From: a bacterium
GTDB lineage: Bacteria > Krumholzibacteriota > Krumholzibacteriia > LZORAL124-64-63
Assembly (NCBI GenBank): GCA_016706845.1
Contig: JADJIV010000002.1
Location: forward strand, 176,367 to 240,366
Direction of reading: 5' to 3'
DNA length: 64,000 bases
Part shown: positions 19,411-31,605 of the stretch, piece by piece
Numbering within the stretch: the first letter of the stretch is position 1
How the letters are laid out: each line of letters begins with the position of its first letter
Position numbers and translations under genes: made by a program
Notes under the pieces: generated by a model
Seen by the model: the letters and a program-made list of their open reading frames with translations, nothing else
Told to the model about the DNA's origin: nothing
Databases searched by the model: none

Positions 19411-19724
19411 TCAGATCGTCGGAGCAACGCACGCGAGGACCGAGATCAACCACTGGGCGAACGAGGCCGCCGTGCTGGACGGTGCGGGCGGCGTGCAGCT
19501 CGAAGTTCCGCCGACGATGCTGTTGCCCCGGTTGCCCGTGATGGCGTCGTCGGGATCGCCGTACTGGTGGACCAGGTCGTTCGCAGGTGGTGCGACCGGC
19601 GAAGCCACCGAGACGGCGGCGACGGGCGCCGGCCCCTGAGGACGCGGCTGGGGACGTCGCCTGGGCCGGCAGGGCCGAGGCGAGGATCAGCAACAACGCC
19701 ACCGTGTGCATTGCCCTTTTCATG
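19411..19724 (-). CDS. Putative small secreted protein (signal peptide MKRAMHTVALLLILASALPAQA; apparent 1-bp frame disruption about 19625)
   Basis: A strong signal peptide in one frame joins an ORF in the +1 frame (...VAPPANDLVHQYGDPDDAITGNRGNSIVGGTSSCTPP...WLISVLACVAPTI) if a single-base indel is assumed. Confidence 0.3.
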
Positions 19725-19844
19725 ATCCCACTCCACTTCACTTTTGCCTGGCGGCCGATGCCCCCGGGCAGTCTCCCGTCCCCAGGTGCGCTGGGCAGTG
19801 GGCCGGCGCCGGGTGGCATCCAGGCCCGAAATCATGACTACAGT

Positions 19845-21236
<1,392 letters not shown>

Positions 21237-21387
21237 CGGGGTCCTCCGCGGGCGGCCGGCTTGCGCCCGGCGCGCAGGTGGTGTAACTCTGGATCTCGGA
21301 TCCACCCCAGCACGATGTGAGCGATGCCGACCGGGTGTCAAGACCGGATCGCCCGCCGGACACGCCCGACCGCCACGCAGGAGCGCC

Positions 21388-22455
21388 ATGGACCGCAATT
21401 TGCCGCCGCTGATCCGCGACGTTCCCGTCGCCGGCCTGCGCGGCCTGCTGGAGGGGCTCGGCGTCTCCCCCTACCGGGGCGACCAGCTCGCGGGCTGGCT
21501 CTACGCCCGCGATGCCGCCGCCTGGGACGAGATGTCCGACCTGCCGGCCGACCTGCGCCGCGACCTGGCCGCGGGCTGGGACCTGGACGGGCTGTCGGTG
21601 CGCGAGCGGCAGGTGTCGCAGGACGGCACCCGCAAGCACCTGTTCTCGCTGCGCGACGGCCACGCCATCGAGAGCGTGACCATCCCCATGGAGCAGCACC
21701 TGACGTTCTGCCTCTCGTCGCAGGTGGGTTGCGCGATGGCATGCAGCTTCTGCGCCACGGCGCGCGGCGGCCTGGTGCGCAACCTCGGCGCGGGCGAGAT
21801 CGTCGAGCAGGTGCTCCGCCTGCGCCGCGACGCCGCGCGCGAAACCGTGCCCGGCTGCGCGGAGCGGGCGTTCAACCTGGTCTTCATGGGGATGGGCGAA
21901 CCGCTGGACAACTTCGATGCGCTCGCCCAGGCCATCGACACGTTCACGTCCCCCGCGGGCCTGGGCATGTCGCCGCGGCGGATCACCGTCTCGACCTCGG
22001 GTCATCCCGCGGGCATGCGGCGGCTGCTGGATCTGCCCCAGGGCGTGGGGCTCACCGTCTCGGTCAACGGCACGGATCCCGCCCTGCGCCGCCGCCTGAT
22101 GCCCGTGCCCGGGCGCACGCCCCTGCCCGAGGTGCTCGACCTCGCGCAGGAGTACGCCCGGCGCCGGCAGCGTCGCGTGACGATCGCCTACGTGCTGATC
22201 GACGGCGTGAACGACGGCGACCCCGAGGCCGCCGCGCTGGCGAAGCTCGTGAAAGGCCGCCCCTTCAAGGTCAACCTGATCCCCATGAACCGCATCGACG
22301 AGCGCTTCGGCCCGCCGGACGCGTCGCGGCTGCTGGGGTTCCAGGAGGTGCTGCGGCGGGCGGGCGTGGAAGCCTACATCAGGATCAGCGGCGGCGACGA
22401 CATCGCGGCCGCCTGCGGGCAGTTGCGGGAAAAGCATGCCGGGAAGGATCGCTGA
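21388..22455 (+). CDS. rlmN: 23S rRNA (adenine2503-C2)/tRNA methyltransferase, radical SAM
   Basis: CxxxCxxC motif CAMACSFC. RlmN-specific context reads [18 protein letters not shown]...[10 protein letters not shown]...[14 protein letters not shown]. Confidence 0.9.
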   Translation: MDRNLPPLIRDVPVAGLRGLLEGLGVSPYRGDQLAGWLYARDAAAWDEMSDLPADLRRDLAAGWDLDGLSVRERQVSQDGTRKHLFSLRDGHAIESVTIPMEQHLTFCLSSQVGCAMACSFCATARGGLVRNLGAGEIVEQVLRLRRDAARETVPGCAERAFNLVFMGMGEPLDNFDALAQAIDTFTSPAGLGMSPRRITVSTSGHPAGMRRLLDLPQGVGLTVSVNGTDPALRRRLMPVPGRTPLPEVLDLAQEYARRRQRRVTIAYVLIDGVNDGDPEAAALAKLVKGRPFKVNLIPMNRIDERFGPPDASRLLGFQEVLRRAGVEAYIRISGGDDIAAACGQLREKHAGKDR

Positions 22456-22482
22456 CCGGCAGCGCGGCCGCAGCTCGCGTGA

Positions 22483-22881
22483 TCAGACCAGGTCGGCGAG
22501 CGTCGTCTGCTCGAGCGCCGTGGTGAGCGCCGCCTGCGCCTTCTCCCAGACGTGGTTCATCTTGCACTCGTCGGTCCGGCAGCAGGGGTCGACCTTGCGC
22601 AGGCAGTGGTTCAGGGCGATGCCCCCCTCGCAGATCTCCACGATCTCGCGCAGGTTGATCTGGGACTTCTCGCGTCCGAGCGAGAAGCCGCCCTTCACGC
22701 CGCGGTGCGATTTCACGACGTTGTGCTGCGACAGCATCTGGAAGATCTTGGCCAGGAACGCTTCGGAAACCTCGCAGGCTTCCGCGAGCGCCTTGAGACG
22801 GACGGGTGTGCCGTTGTCCCGCTCGGCGAGCTCCATCAGACCGCGGATGGCGTATTCGGTCTGGCGAGTGATCTGCAGCAT
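22483..22881 (-). CDS. Rrf2-family transcriptional regulator (IscR/NsrR-like, three-Cys cluster)
   Basis: MLQITRQTEYAIRGLMELA..., GGFSLGR, and a Cys cluster CxxxxxxxxCCxxxxC (HCLRKVDPCCRTDEC). Confidence 0.85.
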   Translation of the reverse strand: MLQITRQTEYAIRGLMELAERDNGTPVRLKALAEACEVSEAFLAKIFQMLSQHNVVKSHRGVKGGFSLGREKSQINLREIVEICEGGIALNHCLRKVDPCCRTDECKMNHVWEKAQAALTTALEQTTLADLV

Positions 22882-22989
22882 GGTCGTCCCACCCTTCTGG
22901 CGCATCGTGCTGCGGACGCGGCCGGGCGATGGTCCCTCCTGGACGCCGGCAGTCCGCTATCAGAATGATGGAAAAGCGGACACGCTAAG

Positions 22990-24153
22990 TCAAATCTCAA
23001 TCGACACCCCCGCGCGTCCTAGTGCTTTGTGCGCCAGCGAACTCCAGGGAATCGCCGCCAGACGGCCCGGACCGCAACGGACCCAACCCGCCGGCAGGGA
23101 CCCGTCCCGTCCGAGCCCCGACTCGAAGACGTCCACACGCAGGCGGTAACGCGTGATCGCGTGCCGGATGACCCCTCGGTGCTGCGGTGCGGCCGCTGCG
23201 GCCGGCAGCGCCCCCCGCCAGGCGGCGGCGAAGGCACCGCGGGGATCCGTCCCACTGTATCCGTACCAGGTGGTCGACGGCAGACCCCAAAGCCCCTCGT
23301 AGAGACCGGCGAAGCCGTCGCGGACCGGCATGCCCAGTCCCCGGCAATGGATGGGGGTCGTCGCGCCGGGCGGCACGGCGACCAGTCCGCGTCCGACACG
23401 GATCACCAGGAGCGACAGGCTGACGGGCGTGGTCCCCGGCCCGACGCGCCGGCCGGCGACCGCTCCAGGATCGCCGCCGAGCCGGGCCAGGCACCCCGCA
23501 GCCAGGGGGCAGGCGGCGCAGTCCGGCGCCGCCGGGGTGCAGATCGCAGCGCCCAGATCCATGAGCGCCTGGTTCCAGTCCCCCGGCCTGACGGGATCGA
23601 CCAGTTCCGCGGCAAGGCGGTCGAGCGCCGCGCCGGCCAGGTCACGGGCGGCCGCGGCGTCCCGGCAGTGCAGGCGCCGCAGCACGCGCGCAACGTTGGT
23701 GTCGACGGCCGCCACGCGTTCGCCAAAGGCCATGCTGGCCACGGCGCCGGCCGTGTAGGGGCCGACGCCGGGCAGGGCCCGCCAGCCCGCGGCATCGCGC
23801 GGGAGCTCGCCCCCCGCCGCCGCCACGGCGCGCGCCGCCGCGTGCAGCGACCGCGCCCGGCGGTAATAGCCGAGCCCGCTCCATGCGGCCAGGACGTCCT
23901 CGAGCGGGGCGGCGGCCAGGGAAGACTGATCGGGGAACCGGTCGAGGAACGCGCGCCAGCGCGTCATCACCGTCGCGACGGTCGTCTGCTGGAGCATGAT
24001 CTCCGAGATCCAGATGCCGTAGGCCGACGGCCGCTCCCGCCAGGGGAGCGGCCGTCGCTCGCGGTCGTACCAGGTCAGCAGGTCGCGGCGCAGCGCCACG
24101 GCGTCGGCCGCCGCACCGCGATCAGTGCCGTCGCTTCTCGTTCTGACGGTCAA
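22990..24153 (-). CDS. mutY: A/G-specific adenine DNA glycosylase
   Basis: HhH-GPD region WSGLGYYRRAR...LPGVGPYTAGAVASMAFGE, the 4Fe-4S Cys cluster CTPAAPDCAACPLAAGC, and a NUDIX-like C-terminal domain. Confidence 0.85.
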   Translation of the reverse strand: MTVRTRSDGTDRGAAADAVALRRDLLTWYDRERRPLPWRERPSAYGIWISEIMLQQTTVATVMTRWRAFLDRFPDQSSLAAAPLEDVLAAWSGLGYYRRARSLHAAARAVAAAGGELPRDAAGWRALPGVGPYTAGAVASMAFGERVAAVDTNVARVLRRLHCRDAAAARDLAGAALDRLAAELVDPVRPGDWNQALMDLGAAICTPAAPDCAACPLAAGCLARLGGDPGAVAGRRVGPGTTPVSLSLLVIRVGRGLVAVPPGATTPIHCRGLGMPVRDGFAGLYEGLWGLPSTTWYGYSGTDPRGAFAAAWRGALPAAAAAPQHRGVIRHAITRYRLRVDVFESGLGRDGSLPAGWVRCGPGRLAAIPWSSLAHKALGRAGVSIEI

Positions 24154-24889
24154 CCTTCTTCTCGCAGACGCGGATGTTCTCGCGGGCCTCGGCCTTGTAC
24201 AGCGGGTCGCTGGACTCGGCGTCCGGGAGGGCCAGCGCCGTCTCGAACTCGGCGATGGCCGCCTCGAACTGCTTCATCTCCATGTACGTGATGCCGAGCT
24301 CGAGATGGTGGTTCACGGCCCGGGGATTGATGCGGATGGCCTCCTGGAACTCGGAGACCGCCTTCTCGTCGCTGGCGCCCTGCGGCACGCCGCCGTAGAC
24401 GACCTTGGCCGCGAGCTTCAGCACGGGGCTCAGGTGCGTCACCTCGCGGTTCCAGCGACCCAGGATGTGGTGGGAGCGGTCGTTGTTCGGGTCGCAGGCG
24501 ATGGCCTTCTCGGCCTCGTCCCGCACCTCCTTGGACAGTTCGATCTTCCGCTTGCCGCCGACCGTCAGCGCCAGCTTGCCGACCGAGGCCGCCAGGTAGT
24601 GGTGTCCCCAGGTGTCGCCGGGTTCGAGGGCGACCGCGGCGCGGGCGTGCGAGACCGCCTCCTCGAACAGCGCCTGCTTCTTGCCGCTGTCCTGCTCCAG
24701 GTTGCCGAGGTCGATCAGGACGCGCGCCAGGTTCCACTGCGCCGCGTAATCGCCGGGATCCGCCTGCACGGCGGCCGTCAGCTCGACTCTTTCCGCCGCG
24801 GGATCCGCCGCGACGGCGGCCGGCGGCACGGTCGTCAACGCGCCGCACAGCGCGCACACCAGGACAAGGAACGTGATACGGCTTCGCAT
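24122..24889 (-). CDS. Secreted TPR-repeat protein
   Basis: Signal peptide MRSRITFLVLVCALCGALTT, followed by several TPR-like helices (AAQWNLARVLIDLGN..., HHLELGITYMEMKQFEAAIAEFETAL). Confidence 0.6.
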   Translation of the reverse strand: MRSRITFLVLVCALCGALTTVPPAAVAADPAAERVELTAAVQADPGDYAAQWNLARVLIDLGNLEQDSGKKQALFEEAVSHARAAVALEPGDTWGHHYLAASVGKLALTVGGKRKIELSKEVRDEAEKAIACDPNNDRSHHILGRWNREVTHLSPVLKLAAKVVYGGVPQGASDEKAVSEFQEAIRINPRAVNHHLELGITYMEMKQFEAAIAEFETALALPDAESSDPLYKAEARENIRVCEKKVDRQNEKRRH

Positions 24890-25002
24890 GCTGCCTCCTG
24901 TGGGTCGCTGCGGGTCGAATGGCGTTGACACAGGCTGGAGCCGCTGCTACAGGTTGTCAACTGCGAATCCATGCAGCTATCTCCGACCCTTGAGGAGCAG
25001 GC

Positions 25003-26805
25003 ATGCCCGCCACGACCATACCCGGACTTTTCCTGGCCGCCGTGACCGAAACACCCAGGCCGGACTGCTTCTCCTACAAGGGACCGGACGGGAATTACAT
25101 CGACGTCTCGAGCGCCGAAGCGCTCATGAAGGTGCGCGCATTGAGGGCCGGCCTGCTCTCCCTCGGGATCGTCCCCGGCGACCGCATCGCGATCCTCTCG
25201 GAGAACCGCCTGGAATGGGCGCTGACCGATCTGGCCGCGCTCTCCCTGGGCGCCGTGGACGTGCCGATCTACCCCACCCTGCTGCCGGACACCATCGCGT
25301 ACATCCTGAAGGACTGCCAACCCGTCGCCCTGTTCGTCTCGACGCGCGAGCAGGCGGAGAAGATACGCGGGATCCGCGGCCGGTTGCCCTTCCTGACCCA
25401 CCTCTACGCCTACGACGACCTGGATCTGCCGGGCGTGGCGCGGATGTCCGACCTGGAACGGGCGGGTCGCGACCTCCTCGCGCGGGATCCGGCGGCCGCC
25501 GGCGACGACGCCGGCCCGGCCCGGGCGCAGGACCTCTGCAGCATCATCTACACCAGCGGCACCACCGGCGACCCCAAGGGCGTGATGCTCTCGCACGGCA
25601 ACTTCGTCTCGAACGTGCTGGCCAGCGCCTCGCTGATCGACATCGGCCCGCACGACCGGGTGCTGTCCTTCCTGCCGCTGTCGCACGTCCTGGAACGGAT
25701 GGCCGGCTTCTACATCATGATGGCGGTCGGCACGGGCATCGCCTACGCCGGCAGCGTGGAGACCGTTTCCGACGACATGCGCCTGGTGTGCCCGACGGTG
25801 ATGATCAGCGTGCCGCGGCTGTACGAGAAGATCTACGCCCGGGTCACCGCCGCGGCCGCGGCCGGCGGCCCCGTCAAGCGCCTGATCTTCGACTGGGCCC
25901 GCGGCGTGGGCCAGGACTGGGGCCGCCGCGTGCGCGCGGGCGAGAAGGTCTCCCCCGGCCTCGCGCTGCGACGCCGGCTCGCCGACCGGCTGGTCTTCTC
26001 GAAGCTGCGCGCCCGCACCGGCGGCCGCCTGCGCTTCTTCGTCTCGGGCGGCGCGCCGCTGGCCCCGCACATCAACGAGTTCTTCTACGCCGCCGGCATG
26101 ATCATCCTGGAGGGCTACGGCCTGACCGAGACCTCGCCGGTGATCTCGGTGAACAGCTTCGAGCACTTCCGGGTCGGCAGCGTCGGCAAGGTGATCCCGG
26201 GCGTCGAGGTGAAGATCGCCGAGGACGGCGAGATCGTCACCCGCGGCCCCAACGTCATGCTCGGCTACTACAACAACCCGGTCGCGACCAGCGAGGTGCT
26301 GACCGGGGACGGCTGGCTGCACACCGGGGACATCGGGCGCTTCGACGAGGACGGCTACCTCTACATCACCGACCGCAAGAAGGACCTGATCGTCACGGCC
26401 GGCGGCAAGAACGTCGCGCCGCAGCCGCTGGAGAACGCCTTCAAGAAGAACAAGTTCATCAGCCAGGTCGTCGTCCTGGGCGACCACCGGCCCTACCTCA
26501 CTTGCCTGATCGTGCCGAACTTCGAGGAGCTGGAAGCGTGGGCCGCGTTGCACAAGGTGGCGGCGACGGACCGGGCCGCCCTGTTGCGCGAGCCGGCCGT
26601 GCTGGAGAAGTACCAGCGCGGGCTCGACCGCACCAACCGCAAGTTCCCCGGTTTCGGAACCGTGAAGAAGTTCGCCCTGCTCGAGCGCGAACTGACCCTG
26701 GAGAACGACGAGTTGACGCCCACCCTGAAGGTGAAGCGCCGGGTGATCCAGAAGAAGTACGCGGCGATCATCGATGGGATGTACGGGGAGGCGGCGCACA
26801 TCTGA
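25003..26805 (+). CDS. fadD: Long-chain-fatty-acid--CoA ligase (AMP-binding family)
   Basis: AMP-binding motif IIYTSGTTGDPKGVMLSH, YGLTETSP, and the C-terminal GWLHTGDIG...DRKKDLIV..GGKNVAP. Confidence 0.9.
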   Translation: MPATTIPGLFLAAVTETPRPDCFSYKGPDGNYIDVSSAEALMKVRALRAGLLSLGIVPGDRIAILSENRLEWALTDLAALSLGAVDVPIYPTLLPDTIAYILKDCQPVALFVSTREQAEKIRGIRGRLPFLTHLYAYDDLDLPGVARMSDLERAGRDLLARDPAAAGDDAGPARAQDLCSIIYTSGTTGDPKGVMLSHGNFVSNVLASASLIDIGPHDRVLSFLPLSHVLERMAGFYIMMAVGTGIAYAGSVETVSDDMRLVCPTVMISVPRLYEKIYARVTAAAAAGGPVKRLIFDWARGVGQDWGRRVRAGEKVSPGLALRRRLADRLVFSKLRARTGGRLRFFVSGGAPLAPHINEFFYAAGMIILEGYGLTETSPVISVNSFEHFRVGSVGKVIPGVEVKIAEDGEIVTRGPNVMLGYYNNPVATSEVLTGDGWLHTGDIGRFDEDGYLYITDRKKDLIVTAGGKNVAPQPLENAFKKNKFISQVVVLGDHRPYLTCLIVPNFEELEAWAALHKVAATDRAALLREPAVLEKYQRGLDRTNRKFPGFGTVKKFALLERELTLENDELTPTLKVKRRVIQKKYAAIIDGMYGEAAHI

Positions 26806-26817
26806 GCCGCCGTGCGC

Positions 26818-28103
26818 TCAGCGGGGTCGCGCGCGCAGCGTGACGGCGAAGTCTCGGCGGCCGCCGTCGCGCTCGACCGTCACGGTGACCGTCTCGCCCG
26901 CGCCGTGCGTCTGCAGCAGGGCGGTGAGCCCCGCCAGGTCGGCCACTTCGCTTCCCTCCATCGCGACCAGCACGTCTCCCGCCGCCAGGCCGGCCTCTTC
27001 GGCCGGACTGCCCGGCATGACCCCGGACAACTTCACGCCGCCGGCGTTCTCGACGAAGTCGGGGATCGTGCCGAGCCACGCGCGGGTCTTCCCCCGCTCG
27101 CCCCCGGCGGACGGCAGCGCGGTCTGGGGCGCGTACGGGAAGTCGTCCGCAGCGGCGGCGACGACCGCCGCGAGATCCTGCGCAAACGCGGCGACTCTGG
27201 CCAGGCCGCGGGGTTCGACGAGTTCCCAGCGGTCCGCCACGCTGTGGTACTGGGGATGAGCGCCGGTGAACAGGAACAGCACGGGGATCCCGGCCGCGTT
27301 GAAGGCGACGTGGTCGCTGGCGTCCCAGCCGCCGTCGCTGAGTTCCAGGCCGAGGCCGTGCCCGCGATTGACGTCCTCCACCAGCGGACGCAGGCGCGGC
27401 GAAGAGCCCAGCCCGCCGACGTAGAGCCGGTCGCCGCGCAGGCGCCCGACCGAATCCAGGTTCAGCATGAGACGGACCCGGCGGCCGGCCAGCGGCGCGG
27501 CGCGCAGCGCGGCGGCGGCGCCCTGCAGGCCCACCTCCTCGCCCGCGAAGGCGACGAAGAGCAGCGCGCAGCGGTCGGTGGGCGCCGCGTCGGCGTGCAG
27601 GCGGCGCGCGAGTTCGACCAGCACCGCCACGCCGGAGGCGTTGTCCTCGGCGCCGTGGTAGATCCCGGTCACGGTCGCGCCGTCGGGGCCCAGGGACAGG
27701 CCGAGGTGGTCGTAGTGGGCGCCGAGCACCACGAGCTCGTCGGCCAGGGCGCCGCGGCCCGGCGACCAGCCCAGGACGTTGCGGGCCGGAAGTCCGTCCA
27801 GCCCCTGCCCTCCCAGCGTGAAGTCTGAGAAACGATGCGCGCAGCCGGGCGGCGGTTCGAGCCCGGCCGCCGCGAACCAGCGTTCGATCGTGTCCGCGGC
27901 CGCCAGAGCGGCGGCGGTGCCGTTGCCGCGGCCCTGCAGTTCTTCGGCGGACAGCGTCCGGACGCGTTCCAGCATCGCCTGGCCGTCGACGTCGCCAATG
28001 ACGCCGACGGCGCGCACGGCCGCAGGCGCCGCCAGCACTGCCATGGCCGACGCCATGAGCAGGAGCGACCCGGATCCATGTGACTTGCGCCTGCACGGGT
28101 GCA
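26818..28103 (-). CDS. M28-family aminopeptidase with C-terminal PDZ domain
   Basis: Signal peptide. M28 motifs VLGAHYDHLG, GAEDNASGVAVLVELAR, AFAGEEVGLQG and DHVAF. PDZ segment VKLSGVMPGSPAEEAGLAAGDVLVAMEG. Confidence 0.8.
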
Positions 28104-28172
28104 TCGTCGAGCGTCCTTCCGTATGTCGGTTGATGTGGCCAGGATAAGCGGGAGCCGCCCCGGCGACCACCT

Positions 28173-29894
28173 CTAGCGGCCGCGGTCGCGCTCCCCGGTG
28201 CCGGAGGCCGCGCCGACGCCGCGCGGATCGCTGGCGCCCCGCAGTTCGCCGCTCACCGGATCGACGGCCACCAGCTGGGCGTTGCCCAGGGAGGGCACGG
28301 ATTCCAGGACGTGGCCGATCGCGGCGAGCGTGTCGCGCGCCGCAGCGCCGACCGCGCCCGCCTCGACGTAGAGCACCGGCGGCCACCACTGCTGGTGCAG
28401 CCGCGGGCACGCGACGGCCTGCGCCGCGTCCATCCCGAAATCCACGACGTTGACGATCGTCTGCAGCGTCGTGGTGATGATGCGCGAACCCCCGGGGCTG
28501 CCGGTGACCAGCACGACGCGGCCGTCGCGCAGCAGGATCGTCGGGGTCATGCTCGACAGCGGACGGCGGCCGGCCGCCACGGCGTTGGCCTCCCCGCCCG
28601 GCAGGCCGAAGGCGTTGGGCGCGCCCGGCGCCGCGGCGAAGTCGTCCATCTCGTCGTTCAGGACGATCCCGGTGCCCGGCGCCATCATCCCGGATCCGAA
28701 ACTCAGGTTGACCGTGAGGGTCGCGGCGACGGCGGCGCCGTCGGCGTCGACGACGCTGAGGTGCGTGGTGTGATCGGGCCCGGGCACCGCAACGGCGGCG
28801 CCGCCGAGACTCTGCCACGGGACGACGGCGTCCGGGCGGATCAGCGCGCGCAGCGAGTCGGCGCGCTCGCGCGAGGTGAGCCACGCCACCGGGATCGCCA
28901 CGGCGTCGGGATCGCCGAGCCAGCGGCTGCGGTCGGCGAAGGCGAAGGACATGGCCTCGGCCAGCAGGTGCGCCAGGACGGCGCCGTCCCGCGGCAGGGC
29001 GCCCAGATCGCAGGGCTCCAGCAGGTTGAGCATCGCGAGCAGAAGCACGCCGCCGGAGCTCGGCGGCGGCATGGCGACGATCTCGCAGCCGCGGTAGCGG
29101 CCGCGCAGCGGTTCGCGCCAGACCGGCTGATAGCCGGACAGATCGGCCGCCGTCAGGACGCCTCCCGCCCGGGCGACGGCGTCGGCGATGGCGGCGGCGA
29201 GGTCGCCTTGGTGCAAGGCGTCGGCGCCGCCGTCGCGGATCGCGGCGAGGGTGCGCGCCAGATCCGGCTGCCGCAGCGTGTCCCCGGCGGCGGGCGCGAC
29301 CCCGTCGCGCAGGAACACGGTGCGGGCCGTCGCGTCCAGGCGCGCCGCGTTGTCGCGCAGACGCGCGCACAGCAGGCTGTCGGCCGGGAAACCGTCGCCG
29401 GCGAGCGCGACCGCCGGCGCGACGAGCCGCGCCCAGGGCAGCCGCCCGCAACGGCGGTGGAAGGTCTCGAGACCGCGGACCAGGCCCGGCGTCGCCACCG
29501 CGAGCGCGCCGTCGCGGCTCGCCGCGGGATCCGCGGCGCCGTCGCGCAGGAACATGTCGCGGTGCGCGGCGGCGGGCGCGGTCTCGCGCGCGTCCAGGGC
29601 GAGGTCGGCGCCGTCGGCGAGGTGGGCCACGAGGAAGCCGCCGCCGCCGAGGCCCGAGGAGTAGGGCTCCACGACCGCCAGCGCGAAGGCCGCCGCCACC
29701 GCGGCGTCCGCGGCGTTGCCCCCGTCGCGCAGGACTTCGACGGCCGCGCGCGTGGCCAGCGGGTGGGCCGTGGCGACCGCGCCCCGGCGCGCCCCGTCCC
29801 GGTCCCGATGGTCGCCGCAGCCCGCCAGGCAAGCCAGCGCCGCCGGCAGCAGGCAACCGACGACCACGCGCAAACGCACCCCGGCGTTCACGAC
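28173..29894 (-). CDS. ggt: Gamma-glutamyltranspeptidase
   Basis: Lipoprotein-like N-terminus LLPAALACLAGC. GGT motifs AAVEVLRDGGNAADAAVAAAFALAVVEPYSSGLGGGGF, the autoprocessing site TTHLSVVD, and GSPGGSRIITT. The start is assigned by proximity, 3 nt after the upstream stop. Confidence 0.85.
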   Translation of the reverse strand, partial: VVNAGVRLRVVVGCLLPAALACLAGCGDHRDRDGARRGAVATAHPLATRAAVEVLRDGGNAADAAVAAAFALAVVEPYSSGLGGGGFLVAHLADGADLALDARETAPAAAHRDMFLRDGAADPAASRDGALAVATPGLVRGLETFHRRCGRLPWARLVAPAVALAGDGFPADSLLCARLRDNAARLDATARTVFLRDGVAPAAGDTLRQPDLARTLAAIRDGGADALHQGDLAAAIADAVARAGGVLTAADLSGYQPVWREPLRGRYRGCEIVAMPPPSSGGVLLLAMLNLLEPCDLGALPRDGAVLAHLLAEAMSFAFADRSRWLGDPDAVAIPVAWLTSRERADSLRALIRPDAVVPWQSLGGAAVAVPGPDHTTHLSVVDADGAAVAATLTVNLSFGSGMMAPGTGIVLNDEMDDFAAAPGAPNAFGLPGGEANAVAAGRRPLSSMTPTILLRDGRVVLVTGSPGGSRIITTTLQTIVNVVDFGMDAAQAVACPRLHQQWWPPVLYVEAGAVGAAARDTLAAIGHVLESVPSLGNAQLVAVDPVSGELRGASDPRGVGAASGTGERDRGR

Positions 29895-30583
29895 CCGCCG
29901 TCCAGCAGCCCGGCGAACGTCACCGCGCCGCCGCAGTGCCGCACCAGGAGTTCGCCGAAGCGCGACACGCAGGCGCTCATCGCGTCCGGCGCGAAGGCGC
30001 GGGTGGACATGATCACCGCCAGCAGCCGGGTCGTCCCCTCGTGGACGCACGTGCGCTGGGAATCGCTGGTGGGGGAGCCGAAGCCGCCGTCGTCGTCGAA
30101 GAGCCCGAGGCGACCCGCGAGGTGGACCGGCCCCTTGCGGATGCCGGGGTACTCCTCCCCCTCGCGGCCGAGCCGCAGCGTCACGTCGCCGCGCACGAGG
30201 TCGCGGTCGTACAGGCCGATCGGCAGCAGGAACTCCAGGCTGGCCAGGTTGCAGGTGTCCACGACGTTGTTGAGGCGGTAGAGGTCCTTGCCCTGCAGGA
30301 CGCGCCGCAGCAGGGCCTCGCTGCTGGGCCGGTGGCGGGTGGGTTCCATGCCGAAGGCGTTGTAGAGGTCGCGGGCCTCGCGCAGGCCGGGGATGTCGCT
30401 CGGGGCGCGGGAGGCGTAGCGCGCCCGCATCTGCGCGCCCAGCGACGCGGTCTCTTCCCAGACCGCGGGCTCCTCGCGCACCGCCACACCGTCGACGGCG
30501 AGCACGCCGGCCCGCAACACGCCGAGCAGGCCGTCGTCCAGACGCAGCAGGCGTCCGTCGGGCAACTGTGCGCGCCGGTTCAT
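29888..30583 (-). CDS. B3/B4 tRNA-binding domain protein
   Basis: Core motif DLYRLNNVVDTCNLASLEFLLPIGLYDRDLVRGDVTLR. Confidence 0.7.
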   Translation of the reverse strand: MNRRAQLPDGRLLRLDDGLLGVLRAGVLAVDGVAVREEPAVWEETASLGAQMRARYASRAPSDIPGLREARDLYNAFGMEPTRHRPSSEALLRRVLQGKDLYRLNNVVDTCNLASLEFLLPIGLYDRDLVRGDVTLRLGREGEEYPGIRKGPVHLAGRLGLFDDDGGFGSPTSDSQRTCVHEGTTRLLAVIMSTRAFAPDAMSACVSRFGELLVRHCGGAVTFAGLLDGGS

Positions 30584-31605
30584 GTCGAGGTGTGGCGGCC
30601 TCCGGCGCCGTACAGGCGGTCGTAGTATTCGCGGTAGGCGCCGCTGCGCACCTTCTCCCACCAGGCGCGGTTCTCCAGGTACCAGTCGACCGTCGCGCGG
30701 ATGCCTTCGCGGAAACGGTGGCGCGGCGCCCAGCCCAGCTCGTCGCGGATGCGGGTGGCGTCGATCGCGTAGCGCCGGTCGTGGCCGGGCCGGTCCTTCA
30801 CGAAGGTGATCCGGGACTCATCCAGCCCCAGCAGTTCCAGCAGCAGGCGCACGATCTGGATGTTCTGCATCTCGTTGTTGCCGCCGACGTTGTAGACCTC
30901 GCCGGGACGGCCGCGGCGCAGGACGGCGTCGACGGCTTCGCAGTGGTCCCGCACGTAGAGCCAGTCGCGGACGTTGCGCCCGTCGCCGTAGACCGGCAGC
31001 GGCCGGCCCTCGAGCGCGTTGGCGATCATCAGGGGGATCAGCTTCTCGGGAAACTGGTAGGGGCCGTAGTTGTTGCTGCAGCGCGTGACCAGGACCGGGA
31101 AACCGTAGGTGTGGTGGTAGGCGCGGCACACCAGGTCGGCCGCCGCCTTGCTCGCGGCGTACGGCGAGTTCGGCGCCAGCGGCGAGTCCTCGGTGAACAG
31201 GCCGGTCGGCCCCAGCGAGCCGTAGACCTCGTCGGTGGAGACCTGCAGGAAGCGCGCGACCCCGGCGCGGCGCGCGGACTCCAGCAGCGTCTGGGTGCCC
31301 AGGATGTTGGTGTCGAGGAACTCGCGCGGGTCGTCGATGGAACGGTCGACGTGACTCTCGGCTGCGAAGTGGACCACCGCCTCGATGCGCTCCTCGGCCA
31401 GCAGGCGGTCGAGCAGGGCGCGGTCGCGCACGTCGCCGCGCACGAAGCGGTAGTCGGGACGGTCCTCGCAGCCCGCCAGGTTCTCCAGGTTGCCGGCGTA
31501 GGTCAGCAGGTCGAGGTTCACGACCCGGTCGCCGCCGCGCTCCAGGAGCATCCGCACGTAGTTGGCGCCGATGAAGCCGGCGCCGCCCGTCACCAGGAGT
31601 TTCAT
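30580..31605 (-). CDS. rfbB: dTDP-glucose 4,6-dehydratase
   Basis: MKLLVTGGAGFIGANYV, the catalytic YAASKAA, and a C-terminus matching RmlB (PRHRFREGIRATVDWY). Confidence 0.9.
   Translation of the reverse strand: MKLLVTGGAGFIGANYVRMLLERGGDRVVNLDLLTYAGNLENLAGCEDRPDYRFVRGDVRDRALLDRLLAEERIEAVVHFAAESHVDRSIDDPREFLDTNILGTQTLLESARRAGVARFLQVSTDEVYGSLGPTGLFTEDSPLAPNSPYAASKAAADLVCRAYHHTYGFPVLVTRCSNNYGPYQFPEKLIPLMIANALEGRPLPVYGDGRNVRDWLYVRDHCEAVDAVLRRGRPGEVYNVGGNNEMQNIQIVRLLLELLGLDESRITFVKDRPGHDRRYAIDATRIRDELGWAPRHRFREGIRATVDWYLENRAWWEKVRSGAYREYYDRLYGAGGRHTST

Noticed and set aside
16151-19639. 1162-aa plus-strand ORF
   Set aside because: It is antisense to the sigma54 activator, whose minus-strand translation has unambiguous AAA+/HTH motifs.
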